From the NCBI GenBank assembly GCA_001662655.1, contig KV460217.1: DNA of 64,000 bases. One strand, given 5' to 3'. The translations under genes were made by a program, and so were the position numbers. Below the pieces are notes generated by a model. It was not told where the DNA came from and did not search any database. It was given only the letters and a program-made list of their open reading frames with translations. The DNA comes from Pseudogymnoascus verrucosus (taxonomy: Eukaryota). Shown in pieces: positions 60,371-64,000 of the stretch (its first letter is position 1; every line of letters begins with the position of its first letter).

Positions 60371-62827
60371 TCAGGCAGGACATCCGCTCGCAGGGTAGTT
60401 GCAGCTACTCGCTACTCTGCCTCCAGTAATCGCAACATTGTTGAAAATGAAGTTCGAGCACGACCCATTGCCGCAAAGAATGTAGTAGTCCTTCGCTGTA
60501 TCAGTGGCTGTTCCAGTCACATTCTGGAATAACACATTCTGAATTAGGACTCCTGAAGAAGGGTTTCCTGTCGCACCACCGTTGAGGTAATCTTGCTGGA
60601 CGTCAATGCCGAAGGTGGAAGTGTCACTGATGGCGATGTTGGAGTACGTGACGTTGGCGATGTAGCCAGTTGTGTTATAGTTGGTTTTGATGCGGCAGCC
60701 ATTCTGGGAGTCAATGACGGAGGAATTAGTGAACTATAGTATGTGTTAGAGATATCTGTCATGAATATATCACATTCTTATTTTTCTACTTACCAGAATA
60801 TTCGTCACGTTATTATTGGACTTTCCTCCCACTGAGCCAATGGATAATCCGTGTCCACCATGGCACTCTAGATTCGACACTGTTATGTTATTACCGCTTG
60901 TTATAGCCACACAGTCATCCTGGTTGTAAACAACACTTCTTTGGACAACGATATTGCTCGATGAGCTAACGTCAAAGCCGTCCGAGTTGTGTGCCGCTGC
61001 CAGCCTGTTGCTGCGACTGTTAGGAGCATCACCCGCCGTGTTATTCAGGACCAAGTCCTGGAAAACGACATCGGAGCTGCCAGAAATGGTAAATAGATGG
61101 ACGGGCCAGTTCTGGATATGCAGATTTTTAATCACGGACTTTCCGGTCACTTTGTTGACGACGATGAAGTGATCTGGTTTCGGGACTCCTCCGTTTGAAC
61201 CAAGGCCGTCCCAGTAAGCCTGGCCGTTGCCGTCAATGATTGCGCCAGGGTTGGCGGTGATACTGATGCTCTGGCCGCCAATGGTGATAGGGTTGAAGGT
61301 GGAAGAATTGGTGAAGCCAAAGGTGGTTAGTCCATCGAATGTCACTGTTGTTCCTGTTTTGAGCCCAGAGAGGTTGATTGCGGAGCCATTTGGAGCGGCA
61401 ATATTGGACAAGACAATATTGGTACAAGATGCAACGGCGGCAGAGATCTGAGAGTAGTCCGTACATACGCATGGTGTGCCTGATGAAGCGGATGTAGTGA
61501 GGGTGTTAGCTGAGCTAGTAATCAAAGTCTCGCTTGTAGAGGCAGCAGACGCAGAAGACGGAGCAATGAGAGTGGTGGTTGGAATAGACGTATGAGTAGA
61601 TGTAGTCGAGGCAGTCGTGGTCGCCGTACAGCTCTTAGTGTTCTTAGTGTTTCCGGGAGCCTTGTGATCTTCAGGCGTACATCCTTCATCATGGAGATCA
61701 CTTGGGTCAAGATAAGTGGTATCAACCCACCACTCGTCCTGGAAGTTCTCACCGAGAATAGACCGAATCGGGATGGATGCATTCAGCTGCTCGCTGAAAG
61801 TCGCTCTGGGTCCTTCTTCCCGCACAGATCCAGGACCATAGTTCCCATACTCTCCAAATGTGACATTGCCAATATTGGGCGTACTTGTAGACCATTGTTT
61901 CCAACCAGCGGGGTCAATAATGTTTCCCAAGTAACTCCCTTGGAAGACTACTCGGGCGAAGGATCCCCAAGGTCGACCAAGAGAGTTGGTTCCTGCGGGG
62001 ATGGTGTCGTTAATTCCAGTAATGTTAGAGCGACTGATAATGTACCATGAAGGGTTGGTGGCACTGCTGCGGCCTGAGGCAGTGATGGAACCAGTTGCGA
62101 TCGTGCGGATGTCAATGTTCTCGAACCATGCAAGTGCAGTTTGTCCGAAAATGAAGTCTACAGCACCGACGATAAGACTTTTGGCATAGAGCTGGGAACC
62201 TGTACAGATACTTCGTCAACATACGTTCGAATAATCATTCTCCCGCGACTTACCTGTCTCCGCAAGAAGAGTGTCCTGATATCCAATCAGCTGACAGCCA
62301 TAGTAGCCCTGGCCTGTGGTCTCTGCAGAGACGGCCAGGTTCTGGCCATTCTTTGGAATATGACCAAAAGTGTTGACAACGTTCAAGTTGTATACTTTGG
62401 TGTTTGGATTCCATTGACGAAGAGTCGCCGTAAGGTCATCATTCGTAGTGTTGATCAGCGCAAGATTGTATGTGATAGTAGCAGTGTTATGCTCATACCC
62501 CTTAGAGTTGCAGGTATAGCCTTGAACAGTAAGGTTAGACTTGAGACGAGGAATGTAGACTTGTTCCACATATGTCCCAGGGAAGATAAACAGATTTTGC
62601 GGTCGAGTAGTAGTGTGATTGAGAGCATTCACGCCCTCCTGAATAGTAGAGAAAGATCCTAGGTGTGGATGAACGCTGTTGTCCACTATAACCGCGCCTG
62701 CTTCGGGGGAGACCCTGGCCCATGGGCCAGAGCAGGTGTGCGAGGGTACATGCGAGACGGGGTAACCTGGAAGAGCCTGCGAAATAGCAAAGCAAGTTGT
62801 GAGCGCAAGATGGACATAACCAAACAT
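60371..62827 (-). CDS. Bifunctional secreted pectinase: CE8 pectin methylesterase fused to GH28 endo-polygalacturonase (~780 aa)
   Basis: Exons 62827-62254, 62199-60794 and 60733-60371 translate without stops. PME motifs GQNLA, GYQDTL, DFIFG, LGRPW; S/T linker; GH28 motifs HNSDG, QDD, GHG, RIK. Confidence 0.93.
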
Positions 62828-64000
62828 GATGCCTCAATGCCCCTTGAACAGAATTATAGATGGTAGTCGACTGCTCTGATATATGGTTGAAGAGGGGAAC
62901 CACCGAATTTATATTGTTCGGACGAAAGTGCGCCCATACCATGTAGTTATATTTTTTTCGAAGGGGACTCCACGGAAACTGGGACTCAGTTGTGGTGTTT
63001 CCCCAGCTCCAGCTCCAGCTTCATATCCGGGGTACCTACCCCGCCCAGTACTAGGTAGTAGGTTCCATCAGTTACGTGCTACGTACGGACATATTGTCCC
63101 TGATCTCGTTTTAGCGTCGACTTCCCAATGGGAGCTTAATTTCTCTGTACCTGTCAATCGAAGTTAGTGCGATTTTGCATAGAATCTGGAGAATCTGGAG
63201 AAAGAAAGTTTCCGCCAATTATGAAGCTTGGACCATTTTTATTAGGGAAATAAGCTCTTTCAAGCATTTACTTGTGCAGAATGTAGGGGTGATATACGCA
63301 CCCCCTGTTGTTATATAACACCGGCCACGCCTAATTAGTAATTTCGCAATATTTAATTAGAGGTTCTGCCGATACCTAGCTTTGCTAACTATTTGTACTG
63401 TAAAATAAGTAACTGAACGGCAGACATTTCGTGCGACCAATGTTCAATTCCCACCAATACAATAATAGTGCTCACGTACCGCCGTTGCTCTAGACATTGC
63501 AGTACTACTAGGCCACGCGTCCTAGTGAGGACTATTTGCAATTTCCCATCTAGCTTCTGTCTAACCACATGACCTGGCACGGTACAAGTATTTTCTACAG
63601 TGCAGTAACTAGGCGGTCTATGCATCCAGCCTAAGAATTGCTTCTAGCCATGGCGGGAATTTTGTGTAGTAGTTGTCAGAAGTTAATGTGTATTACTAGA
63701 ACGTTGTTATCTGAATACCCACCAAGGTAATTCATGAGTACGGTATGGCGTCGGATCAACCACCACCAAGGGTCTCGTGCTCTAGTTGAAATGCGTTTAC
63801 CAACCTAAAGGGCAAAACAAGCATTTAACGGGGTATTATCTGCTTCCCCTTATCCTGCTTCTCTCTCTCTTTCTTGGTAAGTGGTTTTGCGGATGGCTCT
63901 GGGGCCACGGTTCCGGGTGTTCCTGGAGCTGCAGAACAGCTGCAAGCAACCGTACCATCCGTAAGGCGCCCTGGACGCTTGGCCAGGCGTTTTTCCTCGA

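Overview
Intron-containing DNA from a filamentous ascomycete. Gene style and broad C->T/G->A RIP damage suggest a Leotiomycete such as Pseudogymnoascus, but this is inference only. The left ~25 kb is accessory-like. It opens with a candidate fungal RiPP (dikaritin-type) locus that the ORF track misses: a spliced, secreted, Kex2-type repeat precursor on the minus strand with an invariant HHKGKK core, transcribed divergently from a DUF3328/UstYa oxidase with two HxxHC motifs and followed by an SDR. Next come HDA1, a GH2 gene destroyed by RIP with nested transposon remnants (pogo-like element, solo LTR), an Ato/Gpr1 transporter, a RING-ligase pseudogene, a Mutator-like element and a second RIP-damaged GH2 fragment. 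A SesA-amyloid-motif-NACHT-ankyrin NLR gene follows, frameshifted at a perfect hairpin. The remaining ~39 kb is mostly housekeeping: FMP40/SELO, AKR, GFA, ATG37, UBL-WLM, F-box, BRX1, Rab11, a chromodomain protein with a PYM-like motif, RVB2, PEX39, SCD6 with an intronic snR52-like snoRNA, ERD2 and CMT1. It ends with a pectin methylesterase-polygalacturonase fusion gene. All exon boundaries and family calls were made by eye, without database searches.
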